Counted from the first letter of the stretch, positions 1-12,630 are shown. The stretch: 64,000 bases of DNA from Dendrobates tinctorius (GCF_039654945.1 NW_027361804.1:6448001-6512000); one strand, 5' to 3'. The notes: a model not told the origin generated them from the sequence alone. A program made the numbers and translations.

Positions 1-250
1 TTGAATTTGCGCGCTTTGCGGCACGTCGCGTCACATGACCGATCTCATCCAATGGTTTTCCGGCTGCGTTTTGCGTCATCTCTTTTCAGCTTACAGGATG
101 CCGTCGCTGAACGAGCCAATCAGAGTGCGGCCTTTGGGACAATCAGGGCGCTCGGCCAATCAGCGGTGAGTGTGGTAGAGTGCAGCCAATGAGAGGGCGC
201 GGATCTGTGAGAGCGGAGAGGATGCCGGGACAGAGACCGGGAGATTCAGG
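1..250. promoter_or_regulatory. CpG-rich promoter and non-coding exon 1 of RHNO1; probably bidirectional (FOXM1 side outside the window)
   Basis: Four CCAAT boxes (49-53, 116-120, 156-160, 186-190), GTCACATGAC E-box (30-39), TGCGTCA CRE-like site (72-78), E2F-like TTTGCGCGC near the edge, and donor CAG|GTGATG at 250/251. FOXM1 and RHNO1 are head-to-head in human. Confidence 0.65.
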
Positions 251-874
251 TGATGACAGCGGCGGTGCCGGACAGTCCCGCGCTGTGGCGGCAGCGGCGG
301 ATCGGTCTCCTGTGAGATGGTGTTTATTTCTTCATGTTATGATTTGATTGCGGTTTTTTGGGGGGAGCAGAGTTACAAGAAGCGGTAATTCTGGCGTTTT
401 ATTTGTTTTTCTTGCTGTCAGTTAACCTGCGGCAGAATTAATTGGACCTTTCCGTCTGACTTATCTAAAGGGGTCGTGGACGACCTGAACACCCCCACTC
501 CTCTCTCCATCTCGGGGTCCAGAAGTGCGCAATCCCTTTAATTGCCTGAGCCTGACACAATCATTTTCGTGTGTTTCATGAAGCTTTTGCACCTCTGTGT
601 TTGCAGCGCTGCAGCCAATCCCTGATCTTGGTAGCATGTGCCATATAGATTGGCAGCAGCGGTCAGCAGAGACTGTGGCAGCGGTGGAGACTTGGTGACG
701 GGATTATTCGCCGCCTCTATCGGCTCCTTGGGGAGCGATGGCGCGGTGCGTCCCGCTCGGGTGGCGTCCGCTGATCACATCTCATTCTTTCTTTCCAGAC
801 CTCCTGGGTGACTCCGGCCGCTCCCCCGCGCCCTTCCACCATGTGGTTCTCACTCTCGTGGCCTCTCCGCGCTG

Positions 875-1755
875 ATGCCGCCCAAGAAACGGAGCGCCTG
901 TAACCCGCGGAAACCTCGCCTGCTGTTCCTGGAGACCCCGCAGGACGGTGCGGTCCACGAGTACGGGGCGGCTCCCACCAAAGCCGAGAAACCCAAATAT
1001 GTCCCCACCAAATCCCTGGATCACAACTCCTCCACGTCCTGGGTAACGGGGGATGGGGGGAGTCGTCTTGTGCATGAGTGGACATAGTGTAATACTTTGT
1101 ATCCCCTGTGGAGGCGCTGCAGTGAAATCTCATACATTACTGCTGATCACATCGGCGTCTGACGGTCTCTTCTCCTTCACAGGTTTCCCCGCAGTTCGAT
1201 CAGGGATTACAGCTGCACTTTCCTCCTCGCCAGCGCTGCCGCCATGTCTCCAACAGCAGCAGCACCGCCGCACACAGCCGTGCCGGGGACGTAAACCAGA
1301 GCCAGATCCGAGCGCGAGGAAGGAAGCCGAGCGTCTGCAGATTCCCTCCATTACCGTTCTCTACTGCTGAGGTTCTAGAGACTCCGTCATTCGGCTCCAC
1401 AAGGAGGAGGAAGGAGCACAATGTACCCCCAGCGGTGCCCACCTCGCTGCCCCGCCCGGAGGGACACACCTGCAGTAGAATCCCCAGCCCCCCGGACATA
1501 CGGACCCCTGAGACGAGCCCTAATCAGAACCCGCTGCTTTCACTCTGCGCAGCAGAGATGCAGACTCCGCTGATCAGGAGACGGGGGGGAGCTCTTGACA
1601 CACCGCCAGCAGCCGGGCCGGGGCAGATCCTGGCGGAGGACACCCCGGAGCAAGAATACGGCGTGCGCCTCACCTGGAGGAGGAGGCAGGGACTGATGAC
1701 ATTCCTGAAATCACGGGGGAGGCTGAAGAGCAGCCAGATCCTGGTGAAGCCCTGA
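875..1755 (+). CDS. RHNO1: RAD9-HUS1-RAD1-interacting nuclear orphan protein 1 (246 aa); coding exons 875-1042 and 1183-1755
   Basis: MPPKKR...KPRLLF N-terminus, conserved TSW|VSPQF motif split by a GT-AG intron (1043-1182), PPDIRTPE, and C-terminal EDTPEQEYGVRLTWRRRQ...RGRLKSSQILVKP. Exon 2 acceptor at 797-798. Adjacent to TULP3 as in human 12p13.33. Confidence 0.93.
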
Positions 1756-2809
1756 GACCTCGCTGCACATTACTGTATCACTGTGAATTAAGGCAAAAAC
1801 TGAAAACTACTGCAAGTTTCATTCTCGTCCCTGTACGGTGGTGTCGGCGCGTGGTCCGGGGGGGGGGGCTATGGTGCACCCAGGAGTCGCATATTTAACC
1901 CCTTTCCGCTGCGACCGTCTGTAGTTTCTGCACAATCGCTTATTCCACGTACATTGCCTGACTCCTGTCCTGTGGTCATCGCTGTGCAGCCGTCATCTGC
2001 GGGACGAGTGAGGACTCGTTACCATATAATGTGCTGGGAAACGAGGGAAAATCCCAAATCTGCCAAGAAGGAAAATGAATCCACAATGCTGCTATTTTGT
2101 TTTTTTCCTAAAAAGTTCATTGTGCGGTAAAAATGGTAACTCTTCAGTTACTCTGCAGATGGCGCTGTGTGAGTTTGTGCGCTATATAGGGGGCTGCAGA
2201 CGATATTGGGGACACGATGCTTGATCGCTTCATGGAAAGCAACTCTGGGGGACTTCTTATATGGATGTGGCGATAATAAATGTAATAACTGTTTGTTATT
2301 CTAATTTCTTTTCTTCGGGCTCTTTGCACACTAGCTTTTTTTCTTTGTGTGGAGACACCAGATGGTGTGTGTGTTTTGAGAAGTAGTAGTGGAGGTCATT
2401 AAACAGCAGTACTGAGCATTGCAGCTGTAAATCCAGCTCTGCCGTGAGAGGAATCACTAGAAGCTGCAGGATTAGTCTGAGCATCACTCTCTGCGCCTCC
2501 CTTCTAATATAACCTTCCAGAGCAGAGGTGTCAAACATGCAGCCCCTGAGGCAGTCATCTGCGGCCCGCGGTGCACCACATGTCTCACCCCCTGAGGGAG
2601 GTAGAAGGGAAGGCACGCATTCAGGAGCGTGCAATGGCTGCTCTGTGTGCACAGGACCTGTGATAAGGTCACAGGAGGGGGAGGAGTCAGGGGTCACATG
2701 ATCAGGGGCCTCAGTGTATGCAGGACTCTGCTGTCTGCGCTGGTTTCCATGGTGCTGGATGCAGGTAAACTTTGTGTGGGGTCAGGAGGGGTTTACAGGG
2801 TGGATGTAG

Positions 2810-3325
2810 CAGAGCCGTGTGTGTACGAGGTGTACGGAGCGGAGCCTCGTGTGTACAAATACCAAGGTGTACGGAGTGGAGCTGTGCGTGTACGAGGTGT
2901 GCGGAGTGGAGCTGTGCGTGTACGAGGTGTGCGGAGCGGAGCTGCGCGTGTACGAGGTGTGCGGAGCGGAGCTGCGCGTGTACGAGGTGTGCGGAGCGAA
3001 GTCGCGTGTGTACGAGATGTACGGAGCGGAGCCGCGTGTGTACGGTGCGTAGCCGCGTGTGTTCGAGGTGTACGGAGCGGAGCCGCGTGTGTACAAATAC
3101 CAAGGTGTGCGGAGCGGTGTGTGTATGAGGTGTACGGAGCGGAGCCGCGTGTGTACGAGGTGTGCGGAGCGTGTATGAGGTGCACGGAGCGGAGCCGCGT
3201 GTGTTCGAGGTGTACGGAGCGGAGATGTGCGTGTATGAGGACCGATGTGTACGGAGCAGAGCGTGTAAGAGGTGTGTAGAGTGGAGCCGCGTGTGTTCGA
3301 GGTGTGCTGAGCGGAGATGTGCGTG
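2810..3325. repeat. ~30-bp minisatellite (GTGTACGAGGTGTGCGGAGCGGAGCCGCGT)
   Basis: Direct tandem copies; explains the overlapping repetitive ORFs at 2629-3407. Confidence 0.9.
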
Positions 3326-3339
3326 TATTTTGGCTTGGG

Positions 3340-4366
3340 GGGGGGGGGGGGCCCCATTTGAAAGTTCGCACCAGGGCCCATAACTTTGTAGCTACGCTAC
3401 TGCTCACGCTAGAAGAGAGGAGGAGTGCGCCGCTCCATAGTGGCTTTGGCCCTGCGTGATGACATCACTCCAGCGCGCAGAGAGCGGAGGCGTGACTTTC
3501 CCCCCATTGCTGGATTTTGAAGGTGACTGTGCGTGTACAGCGAGATGATAGCGCCGGCTCACTTGCAGAGCCGACACTATCGTCCGCTGAGGTAAGCTGT
3601 ACATCGCAGCTGACAACCTATTTGAACAGCCACAATCGGTATTAGCACCGATCGTGGCCGTTTAACCCCTTAGATACCGCTATCAATTGTGACAGTATTA
3701 AGTTTGAAAGGAATGCGGCCCCCCAGCTTAAATTTTTTTTCTGTGTGCGGCCCACTTACTCTGCCGAGTTTGAGACCCCTATTCTAGAGGCAGCTGTGAA
3801 CTGATCCGGCAGTCGGCATTGTGCTGAGCAAGTTGTATATTATCTGTTTATCGAAATGAACAGCGCATTCACACTGCGGGGCTGGGTATCTGGCGCATGC
3901 GCATAGAGATCCTGCTTGTGGGGAGCTCAGCTCACTAGACGCTGCCGAGGGAGGGAACAGGAGGAGGGGGAGATGCCCCGCAGTGTGAATACATCATAAC
4001 GCACAGCGAGGCGGGATCTGGGGCCTTGCGGCGAGAGCATTACATGAAGGCATGATGTCAGTTCCCGTCAGCGCGCATGCCCGAGAACTGTTGGCAGAGC
4101 GCAGGCGCCGGGCATGTAAGGAGCAGAGGAGGAGGCGCAACAACGCAAGAGGGGGATGATGGACGGCTCTAAGACGCTGGATATCGGGGGGGGACAAACC
4201 TCCCGGAAACAAGAGGTATGGCGGGGACTTTATAAAAGTATGTATTTCGGCGTTACTAGGGATCAGAAACATAAGAACCACCTTCACAGAATGCTGCCGT
4301 AGTGCTGCTGAAGGTGGCTCTTTTACTTAAAAACGCCCAGGGGGGGGGGGTGACAGGTTCCCTTTA
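3340..4366. mobile_element. Cluster of non-autonomous DNA transposon fragments (hAT-like ends; TTAA-ended T2/Kolobok-like MITE end)
   Basis: hAT-like terminal motifs GTAGCTACGCTACTG (~3388-3402) and GAGTTTGAGACCCCT (~3766-3780); GACAGGTTCCCTTTAA end at ~4352-4367. The matching partner ends were not located. Confidence 0.4.
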
Positions 4367-5211
4367 ATCTTCATTTTGTTTGGAAATATGAAAAAGCATA
4401 GCTTTATTCAGTCTCCCATGACCGTACCACGAGAGAGGGGATCCGTCCTTCAAGGACAGGAAACCTACAGCCATAAAAGGACGGCACTTCTCTGCTGCAT
4501 CAGTTGATTTCCTGTCCTTGATGGAGGGAACCTCTTCAGACATACATTTGAAGAAGATAGAAGTTCATTCCCAGGCCCGGCCGGTCGGCTCAGGCAGCAG
4601 GGGTCCCCTGCCTCGGCCGGTCCGGGATCCCTGGAAGCGCCACAGTGGGTCCAGGGGGCTGCACAATAGTGAGCAATAACAGTAGAGTGGTGTCTGGGCA
4701 GGATTACCTGCTCGGTCTTAGTCCGGCACACAGGTTCAGGTAAGTGTGGCTGTGTGTGTGCTTCTGGGGTCGTGGTCCTGACGCGGTCAGGGCACGCTCC
4801 GTATGAAGCGTTTGGGAATGCGGCAGGGCTGCCATGGTTGTAAGTCCGGACGGGGGGGGGGGTTGTGATTCCTGGGGGGGGCACCGGTCCGTGGGTCATT
4901 CGGGTCTGGGGTATCAGGCCAGTGGGGAGGACCTGCTGACCAGATAGACCGGGGGTACTGGATTGGGGGAGTGGCCTAGGATATTAAAAGCAGGACAAGA
5001 CCAGGTGCTTCCAGACCCATAATCCCAGCAAGGCATCATGGAGTCGCTAGAGCAGCAGGAGCAGGTGCAGCATTTGCCTGTACAGCAGCTCATTGAGGAG
5101 CCCCACTTGAGAGTGACCCAGGAACGACCGCGTAGCAGCGCAGGAGGTGGTCGTATGGGTGAAAGGAGATCCAGTCAGAAGAGTTCCAGCAGACTGGATC
5201 AGTCTTCAGCC

Positions 5212-6014
5212 CCTTATGATCGAGTCACAGTAGGAGGCAAAAACAAATGCTAGCTAAGTCCAGAAAACCAGAGAAGTTGGCAGCTATCGGATTGCAGACC
5301 CCTGAACCTATCAACAACAACTAGCAGTAGCCGTGGGGGGTTCCTACGATGCCCTAGACCCCTCGATCACAGCCGGAGAACTACATAGCCTAAAGACAGA
5401 AAGGGAAATCTAAACTGCCCCAGAGCAGACCCCAAAGCAATAGGCAGCCCCTCAACATATAATGACTGTGAAGCAAGAAGAAAAAAACACACAGATAGAA
5501 AGATAGGCTGAGCAAATGATGGGGCCCAAGCTAACTAGATAGGACAGGATAGAAAAGCTGCTGTCTGCAATCCGCCAAAAACCCTATCAAAACAACAGCC
5601 AACAGACTGACAGGGAAAAAGGCCCTGAAGACGCTAGGCTTCAAAAAGACTATGTCAGTACTCAGGTATTTTCTGAAGACAGAGCAAAAAGACACAAAGG
5701 AATTCAGCTCACCCCAGCAGGGAATGGCAGAATCCAGAAAAGCAAGGCAAAATAAAACCAAAACACAAATGCAAAAAGCAAGGCAGAAAACTTAGCTTTT
5801 GAGGAGCAGGAATCAGACTGGTCTCCTAGAATCCCTCAGAGAAATCACCAGCGAGGCAGAAGGGCGTCGGCTGCCTTATATCCAGTCAGCAATTCCCGTC
5901 ACCCAGTCATCCTCTACCAGCTCAGGTGTTTGGTAATCAGCCTCACTACCTTGCTTCACCAGAAGAGGGAGTTCATCAGACCTCAATGGTGAAGGGGGAA
6001 ATGAACTCATAACA
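5212..6014 (-). repeat. 3' LTR of the chromovirus
   Basis: Near-identical to 10205-11002; the outer terminal TG and the target-site duplication are missing. Confidence 0.92.
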
Positions 6015-6660
6015 GTACCTCCCCCTTGAGGAGGGGTCACCGAACCCTCATCCACGCCACCAGGGCGATCAGGGTGAGCCCGATGAAAGGCACGCACCAA
6101 TCTTTTGGCATGAATATCAGAGGCAGAGACCCAGGAATTATCCTCCTGACCATAACCCTTCCACTTAACCAAATACTGGAGTCTCCGTCTAGCCAGACGG
6201 GAATCCAGTATCTTCTCTACCTCATATTCCATGTTACCTTCAACCAATACAGGGTCCGGAGGTGCCACCCCAGGAACTACTGGTTCAACAAACCTCTTCA
6301 ACAAGGACTTATGAAACACATTATGGATTTTAAATGTGACAGGAAGAGCCAACCGAAAAGAGACCAGATTAATGATCTCCAAAATCTTGTAAGGTCCAAT
6401 AAATCTAGGCTTAAACTTAGGAGAAGCTATCTTCATAGCGATATTTTTTGATGATAACCAAACCATATCACCAACCTTAAACCAGGGACCAATGGTCCTA
6501 TGTCGGTAGGAAAACCGCTGGGCCTTTTCCTGGGAGAGAGAGAACTTATCCACCACTTGGTCCCAGATCTGGTGCATTCTCTCCATGACAGTGTCAACAC
6601 CTGGGCAGGCAGAAGGCTCCACCTGCCCTGAAGAAAATCGAGGATGAAACCCAAAGTTAC
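6015..6660 (-). CDS. Integrase C-terminus with GPY motif and chromodomain
   Basis: KFKPRFIGPY, IHNVFHKSLLK, YEVEKILDSR...YLVKWKGYGQEDNSW. Confidence 0.9.
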
Positions 6661-9368
6661 AAAAAAAAAAGGTGACATCAAAGTGGCAGAACTAGCTCTA
6701 TTATTTAAAGCAAATCCGGCCAAGGGCAAAAATGAAACCCAATCATCCTGATCAGCGGAAATAAAACATCTCAAATACGACTCCAAGGTCTGGTTTGTTC
6801 TCTCCATCTGCCCATTGGTCTGAGGGTGAAACGCAGAGGAGAAGGACAACTGAATTCCCAGCTTGGAACAGAAAGTCCTCCAAAATCTAGACACAAACTG
6901 AACTCCTCTGTCAGATACAATGTTCTCAGGAATCCCGTGCAAGCGAACCACCTGTTGCAAAAACAGGGGCACCAACTCAGAAGAAGATGGCAACTTAGGG
7001 AGTGGTACAAGATGAACCATCTTAGAGAACCTATCACAAATCACCCAAATAACAGTCATTCTCTGAGAGACAGGCATATCAGAGATGAAATCCATTGAAA
7101 TATGGGTCCATGGCCTCCTGGGGACCGGCAAAGGCATCAACAACCCACTAGAACGAGAACAAGATTTAGACCAGGAGCAAGTCCCATAGGACTGCACAAA
7201 ATTCCTGACATCACGAGACAAGGCGGGCCACCAAAAAGACCGACTCACCAGCTCTCTAGTACCAAAAATACCTGGATGACCAGCCAAAGCAGAGCAATGA
7301 ACTTCAGACATCACTCTCTTCTTCCACTGGTCAGGAACATACAACTTTCCACTGGGACAACGCTCAGGTTTGTCCTCCTGGAACTCTTCCAGAGCACGTC
7401 TCAAATCGGGCGAGATGGCAGAAAGAACTACCCCTTCGCCTAAGATGGTAGCAGGCTTGGTCACCACAGGAGAATCAGCCAAGAAGCTCCTAGAAAGAGC
7501 GTCAGCCTTGACATTCTTAGTACCAGGAAGAAAAGAGACAACAAAATCAAAACGTGTAAAAAACAAGGCCCATCTAGCCTGTCTAGGGTTCAAGCGTTTG
7601 GCCGACTCCAGGTAAATCAAATTCTTGTGGTCAGTGAGGACCACGACTTGATGTTTAGCTCCCTCCAACCAATGTCTCCACTCCTCAAATGCCCATTTCA
7701 TGGCTAATAGTTCCCGATTCCCCACATCATAGTTACGTTCAGATGGGGAGAACTTTCGGGAAAAGAAAGCACAGGGATTCATTTTAGATGTTACAGAATC
7801 CTTTTGAGACAAAACAGCTCCTGCACCAATCTCAGAAGCGTCCACCTCTACCTGGAACGGGAGTGAGACATCAGGTTGCCACAAAACCGGGGCAGAAGTG
7901 AATCTTCGCTTCAGCTCCTGAAAGGAAGAAACAGCCTTTGGAGACCAATTCAACACATCAGCACCCTTCTTAGTCAGATCAGTCAATGGCTTGGCAATAC
8001 TAGAAAATTTTGCTATAAATTTCCGATAAAAATTAGCAAAACCCAAAAACTTCTGAAGGGCCTTCAAAGAAGTGGGCTGAACCCAATCATAAATGGCCTG
8101 TACCTTGGCCGGATCCATTTCAATAGTTGACGGAGACAAAATAAATCCCAAAAATGAAATCCTCTGTACCCCAAAAAGGCATTTCGATCCCTTGACATAC
8201 AGGGATTTCTCCCTCAAGATCCGGAACACAGTCCGAACATGTTCCACATAAGAATCCCAATCCTTGGAGAAGATCAAAATATCATCCAGGTAGATAATCA
8301 AAAATTTATCCCCAAAGTCTCGGAAAATGTCGTTCATGAAGCACTGGAAGACAGAAGGGGCATTAGTGAGCCCAAAAGGCATCACCAGGTACTCAAAATG
8401 TCCCTCCGGAGTATTAAACGCCGTCTTCCATTCATCCCCATGCTTAATGCGAATAAGATTATACGCCCCTCTGAGGTCAAGCTTGGTAAACCAGCAAGAA
8501 CCTTTAACTCTGGAGAATAGATCCGAAATCAGGGGTAACGGATACTGATATTTAACAGTAATTTTGTTGAGGGCACGATAATCAATACAAGGCCTTAATG
8601 AACCATACTTTTTGGCCACGAAAAAAAACCCAGCACCTAAGGGTGACGAGGATGGTCTAATATGACCCTTCTCCAACGCCTCCTTAATATAGGATCGCAT
8701 AGCCTCGTGCTCGGGTACAGATAAATTGAAGAGCCGACCCTTGGGAAATTTACACCCTAGGCTCAGTTCAATTGCACAGTCATAACTCCTATGAGGAGGC
8801 AGAGACGCAGACTCATTCTCACTAAATACATCATAAAAGTCCGCCAAATAGTCAGGAACATCATGTGACTGAGGAGAGGTGGAAAAAACCGGAGCCTCAC
8901 TAAGGGCACACCGACAACCCCAACTCACCACAGACACAGATTTCCAATCCAAAACTGGATTATGAATTTGCAACCAGGAAAACCCCAGAACAATGGTATC
9001 ATGCAGATTATGCAACACCAAAAACCTGCAATTTTCTTGATGGTCTGGGGCGACCCGCATTACCACCTGGGTCCAAAACTGAGGTTTATTTTTCGCCAAA
9101 GGAGTAGCATCAATCCCCCTCAAAGGGATAGGCGTCCGCAGAGGTGTCATAGGAAATCCACAATGTTTAGCAAAATCCAAGTCCATTAGGTTCAGGGCTG
9201 CTCCCGAATCCACAAAAGCCTTGGCGGAAAATGTGGACAGGGAGCAGATCAGAGTAATTGCCAGAAGAAACTTAGGTTGAACACCACCCACAGAAAACGT
9301 GTGTGCAAAGCGTTTCTCTCGTTTAGGACAGACAGAAATAATATGCGAGGCATCTCCACAAAAAAAAA
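6433..9368 (-). CDS. Pol: protease, RT, RNase H, integrase core
   Basis: FVDSGA, LRPCIDYR, LDLRGAY, MPFGLTNAP, YLDD, VDASEIGAGAVL, TDHKNL, GHPG, WTHISMDF, SDRG, ERTNQ. The true frame shifts at the A10 run at 6661-6670. Confidence 0.93.
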
Positions 9369-10072
9369 CACAGCTTATTACGCCTTCTGAACTCCTGACG
9401 TTGCTCCTTGGACAAAACTCTATCACATTGCATAGGTTCAGACACTTGTTCAACAGGTGGCAGCACCTCTCGTGCAGTCCTGCGTTCACGTAAACGCCGA
9501 TCCACCTGAATGGCTAATAACATAGAATCGTCAAGACCAGAGGGAACAGGAAATCCCACCATAGTATCTTTTACGGCTTCTGACAAACCCTTCCGAAAGA
9601 GAGCTGCCAAGGCACCATCATTCCAGGTAGTAAGGACCGCCCACTTTCGGAATTTTTGACAGTACAATTCTGCAGAATCTCGACCCTGGCTCAATGCCAA
9701 CAGGGTCTTTTCAGCCTGATCAATAGCATTAGGTTCGTCATACAACAACCCCAAGGCTTGAAAAAATGCGTTCACATTAGTCAGAATAGGATAATCTGGT
9801 TTCAAAGAAAACGCCCAATTCTGGGGATCGCCACGCAGCAAAGAGATGACAATTTTAACCTGCTGCGCGGAGCTCCCTGACGAGTTAGGCTTCAAGGCAA
9901 AAAATAATTTACAATTATTTTTGAAATTCAAAAAGTTAGACCGATCCCCAAAAAACACATCAGGAGTAGGGATCTTTGGTTCAGCAGCATGTGAATGAAC
10001 AAGGTAGGCGGAAATTCCCCGCACTTCTGCAGCGAGCTGCTCCACACGATCAGACAATTGCTTTATCTCCAT
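9323..10072 (-). CDS. Retrotransposon Gag (PEG10/sushi-like capsid); CCHC knuckle split by a frame change at a T9 run
   Basis: PDVFFGDRSNF...QVKIVISLLRGDPQNWA...LSQG...EPMQ; CFF|CGDASHIISVC continues in the pol frame. Confidence 0.88.
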   Translation of the reverse strand: MEIKQLSDRVEQLAAEVRGISAYLVHSHAAEPKIPTPDVFFGDRSNFLNFKNNCKLFFALKPNSSGSSAQQVKIVISLLRGDPQNWAFSLKPDYPILTNVNAFFQALGLLYDEPNAIDQAEKTLLALSQGRDSAELYCQKFRKWAVLTTWNDGALAALFRKGLSEAVKDTMVGFPVPSGLDDSMLLAIQVDRRLRERRTAREVLPPVEQVSEPMQCDRVLSKEQRQEFRRRNKLCFFLWRCLAYYFCLS

Positions 10073-10204
10073 TGAGAGAGAAAAAAAAATTTCCCCCTAC
10101 TGCCTCAGAGATATAGAGGAAAAAATATACACACCTTTTTTTTTTTTTTTTTTTTTTTTTAACAATTCTTTCCTGCAATAGAGTACCCTAGGATCTGGGG
10201 ATTC

Positions 10205-11002
10205 TGTTATGATCGAGTCACCGTAGGAGGCAAAAACAGAAATGCTAGCTAAGTCCAGAAAATCAGAGAAGTTGGCAGCTATCGGATTGCAGACCCCTGA
10301 ACCTATCAACAACAACTAGCAGTAGCCGTGGGGGGTTCCTACGATGCCCTAGACCCCTCGATCACAGCCGGAGAGCTACATAGCCTAAAGACAGAAAGGG
10401 AAATCTAAACTGTCCCAGAGCAGACCCCAAAGCAATAGGCAGCCCCTCAACATATAATGACGGTGAAGCAAGAAGAAAAAACACTAACACAGAAAGCTTG
10501 GGCCCCATCATTTGCTCAGTCTAACTATGTAGGACAGGATAGAAAAGCTGCTGTCTGTAATCCGCCAAAAACCCTATCAAAACAAGAGCCAACAGACTGA
10601 CAGGGAAAAAGGCCCTGAAGACGCTAGGCTTCAAAAAGACTATATCAGTACTCAGGTATTTTCTGAAGACAGAGCAAAAAGACAAAGGAATTCAGCTCAC
10701 CCCAGCAGGGAATGGCAGAATCCAGAAAAGCAAGGCAAAATAAAACCAAAACACAAATGCAAAAAACAAGGCAGAAAACTTAGCTTTTGACGAGCAGGAA
10801 TCAGACTGGTCTCCTAGAATCCCTCAGAGAAATCACCAGCGAGGCAGAAGGGCGTCGGCTGCCTTATATCCAGTCAGCAATTCCCGTCACCCAGTCATCG
10901 TCTACCAGCTCAGGTGTTTGGTAATCAGCCTCACTACCTTCCTTCACCAGAAGAGGGAGTTCATCAGACCTCAATGGTGAAGGGGAAAATTAACTCATAA
11001 CA
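10205..11002 (-). repeat. 5' LTR of the chromovirus
   Basis: TGTTATGA...TCATAACA inverted termini; TATA-like TATAAG on the minus strand at ~10863-10868. Confidence 0.93.
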
Positions 11003-12630
11003 GAGGACCCTTCGGCTGAGAGATGTCCCCCGCACATTCCGGTACCATTCAGTTATGCTTCACTGGTAAGTGATCTTCATGAAAGTTCGCTCGGTGATGT
11101 AGTTTTCTCCTTGTCGCTCCTAATTTTTTGCTAGAGGAAGAAGTGTACTGCTAAGGCCAAACATAGAGTGTGCAATGTGCAGGGCCTTGCTGCCAGATTC
11201 CTATGGGAAGATACTGCCAGCCGTGCATTCAACAGACAGTAGTGGAAGAAACACCAGACTTCGCTTCTAGCCTGAGGGAGATCATTGGGCAGAGGTTAGG
11301 GAAGCGGTGAGATCCCTTTCCCAAGAAAGTGTCTGTAAGGCGAAAATAAGGAAGCGTAGAATCCCCGGTGTGGGACAGTGATAGCGACTCAGGTGAGGAT
11401 GTCTCGGGTTCATCAGCTTCGACTTCGTCCTTTTCAGATGCCCGGTCATGCCGTTCCTGCTTCCTTGTTGATCGGGTGAATAAGCTGGTAAAGGCAGTTA
11501 ATAATACCATGAGGAATGAGTCCAGGCCAGAAAAATCCATGCAGGATGTCATGTTTGGAGGTCTGGATCAGAAAACACGCAGGTCCTTTCCTCTGAACGA
11601 TAACATCCGTGGTCTTACTCTGGAAGAGAAAAAGGTTCCTTACCGACGGCCTTCAAGAGAAGGTATCCATTCAAAGTATCGGCCTCGTCTTTGTGGGATA
11701 ACGCCCCAAAGCTGGATGCAGTGGTCGCTAAAGCATCTAGGAAATCCTCGCTACCCTTTGAAGACATAGGAAATCTGAAGGACTCACTAGATAAGAAAGC
11801 TGATACCTTTCTAAAAGGCGCCTGGGAAATGTCAGCAGAGTCCTGTAGGTCTGGCTGGACCAGTTAGTCTCAAGTAAAGGATAAGGCATCCAGAGAAAGC
11901 ATTTTGACTATGCTTCCTATGATACAAGGAGCTGCAGCCTGTCGGACACATCGGCGGCCTCAGATTGGCAACAAGAGCCGCGGCCCTTTCTAATGCAGGC
12001 CGAGGGGCCTTGTTATGGCTAAAGTGTTGGCCAGGAGACATCCAGGCTAGGTCGAAGCGCTCCTAACCTGTCGGTCCCTTCCTACGGATGTTCCTTCAAC
12101 AGGAGAAAAATCAGTTATAGAAAATCCTCCAGGGATAAAAGCAGATGGGACAACAGAAAAGGTAGAGGGTACAAGTTTAGCTCCTCCCAGGATAACAGGA
12201 AACCACCCCAATGACTGCCGGCCCAGGTAGGGGGAAGGCTGTCTGCCTTTTACCTGGCCTGGTCAAGGATTTCGAATAGTAACTGGATTCATAATCTGAT
12301 TAGATCCGGACTAAGGTTGGAGTTCCGTTCAATACCGCAGGACACGTTTATGACAACTCCCACTCGTTCCTCAGCTGCAGAACAGCAGGCCCTGTAGGCC
12401 GAAGTGCTGGAGCTATGGCATAAGGCGGTCTTGGTGGAGGTACCGGTGTCAGAAAGAGGCAGGGGGTTCTACTCCTCCCTCTTTTTGACTAAAAAACCGG
12501 ACGGTTCCTATTGGACCATTATTAATCTAAGAGGTCTGAACAAGTTCCTGATAGTGAACCCCCTTTAAGATGGAGCCTGTTAGGTCAGCAATAAAATTGC
12601 TCTTCAAAAATTGCTTTATGACACTGTTGG

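Larger units (their letters stand above)
5212..11002 (-). mobile_element. Full-length Ty3/Gypsy chromovirus (Tf1/sushi group) LTR retrotransposon inserted in DIRS gag
   Basis: Two ~800-bp LTRs (~5212-6014 and 10205-11002; TG...CA intact in the right copy), polypurine tract next to 6014, gag and pol with a chromodomain. Confidence 0.95.

Noticed and set aside
5876-10072. Domesticated sushi-derived gene (PEG10/RTL-like)
   Set aside because: Both LTRs, the polypurine tract and a full integrase are present, and it is inserted in another TE, so it is an ordinary retrotransposon copy.
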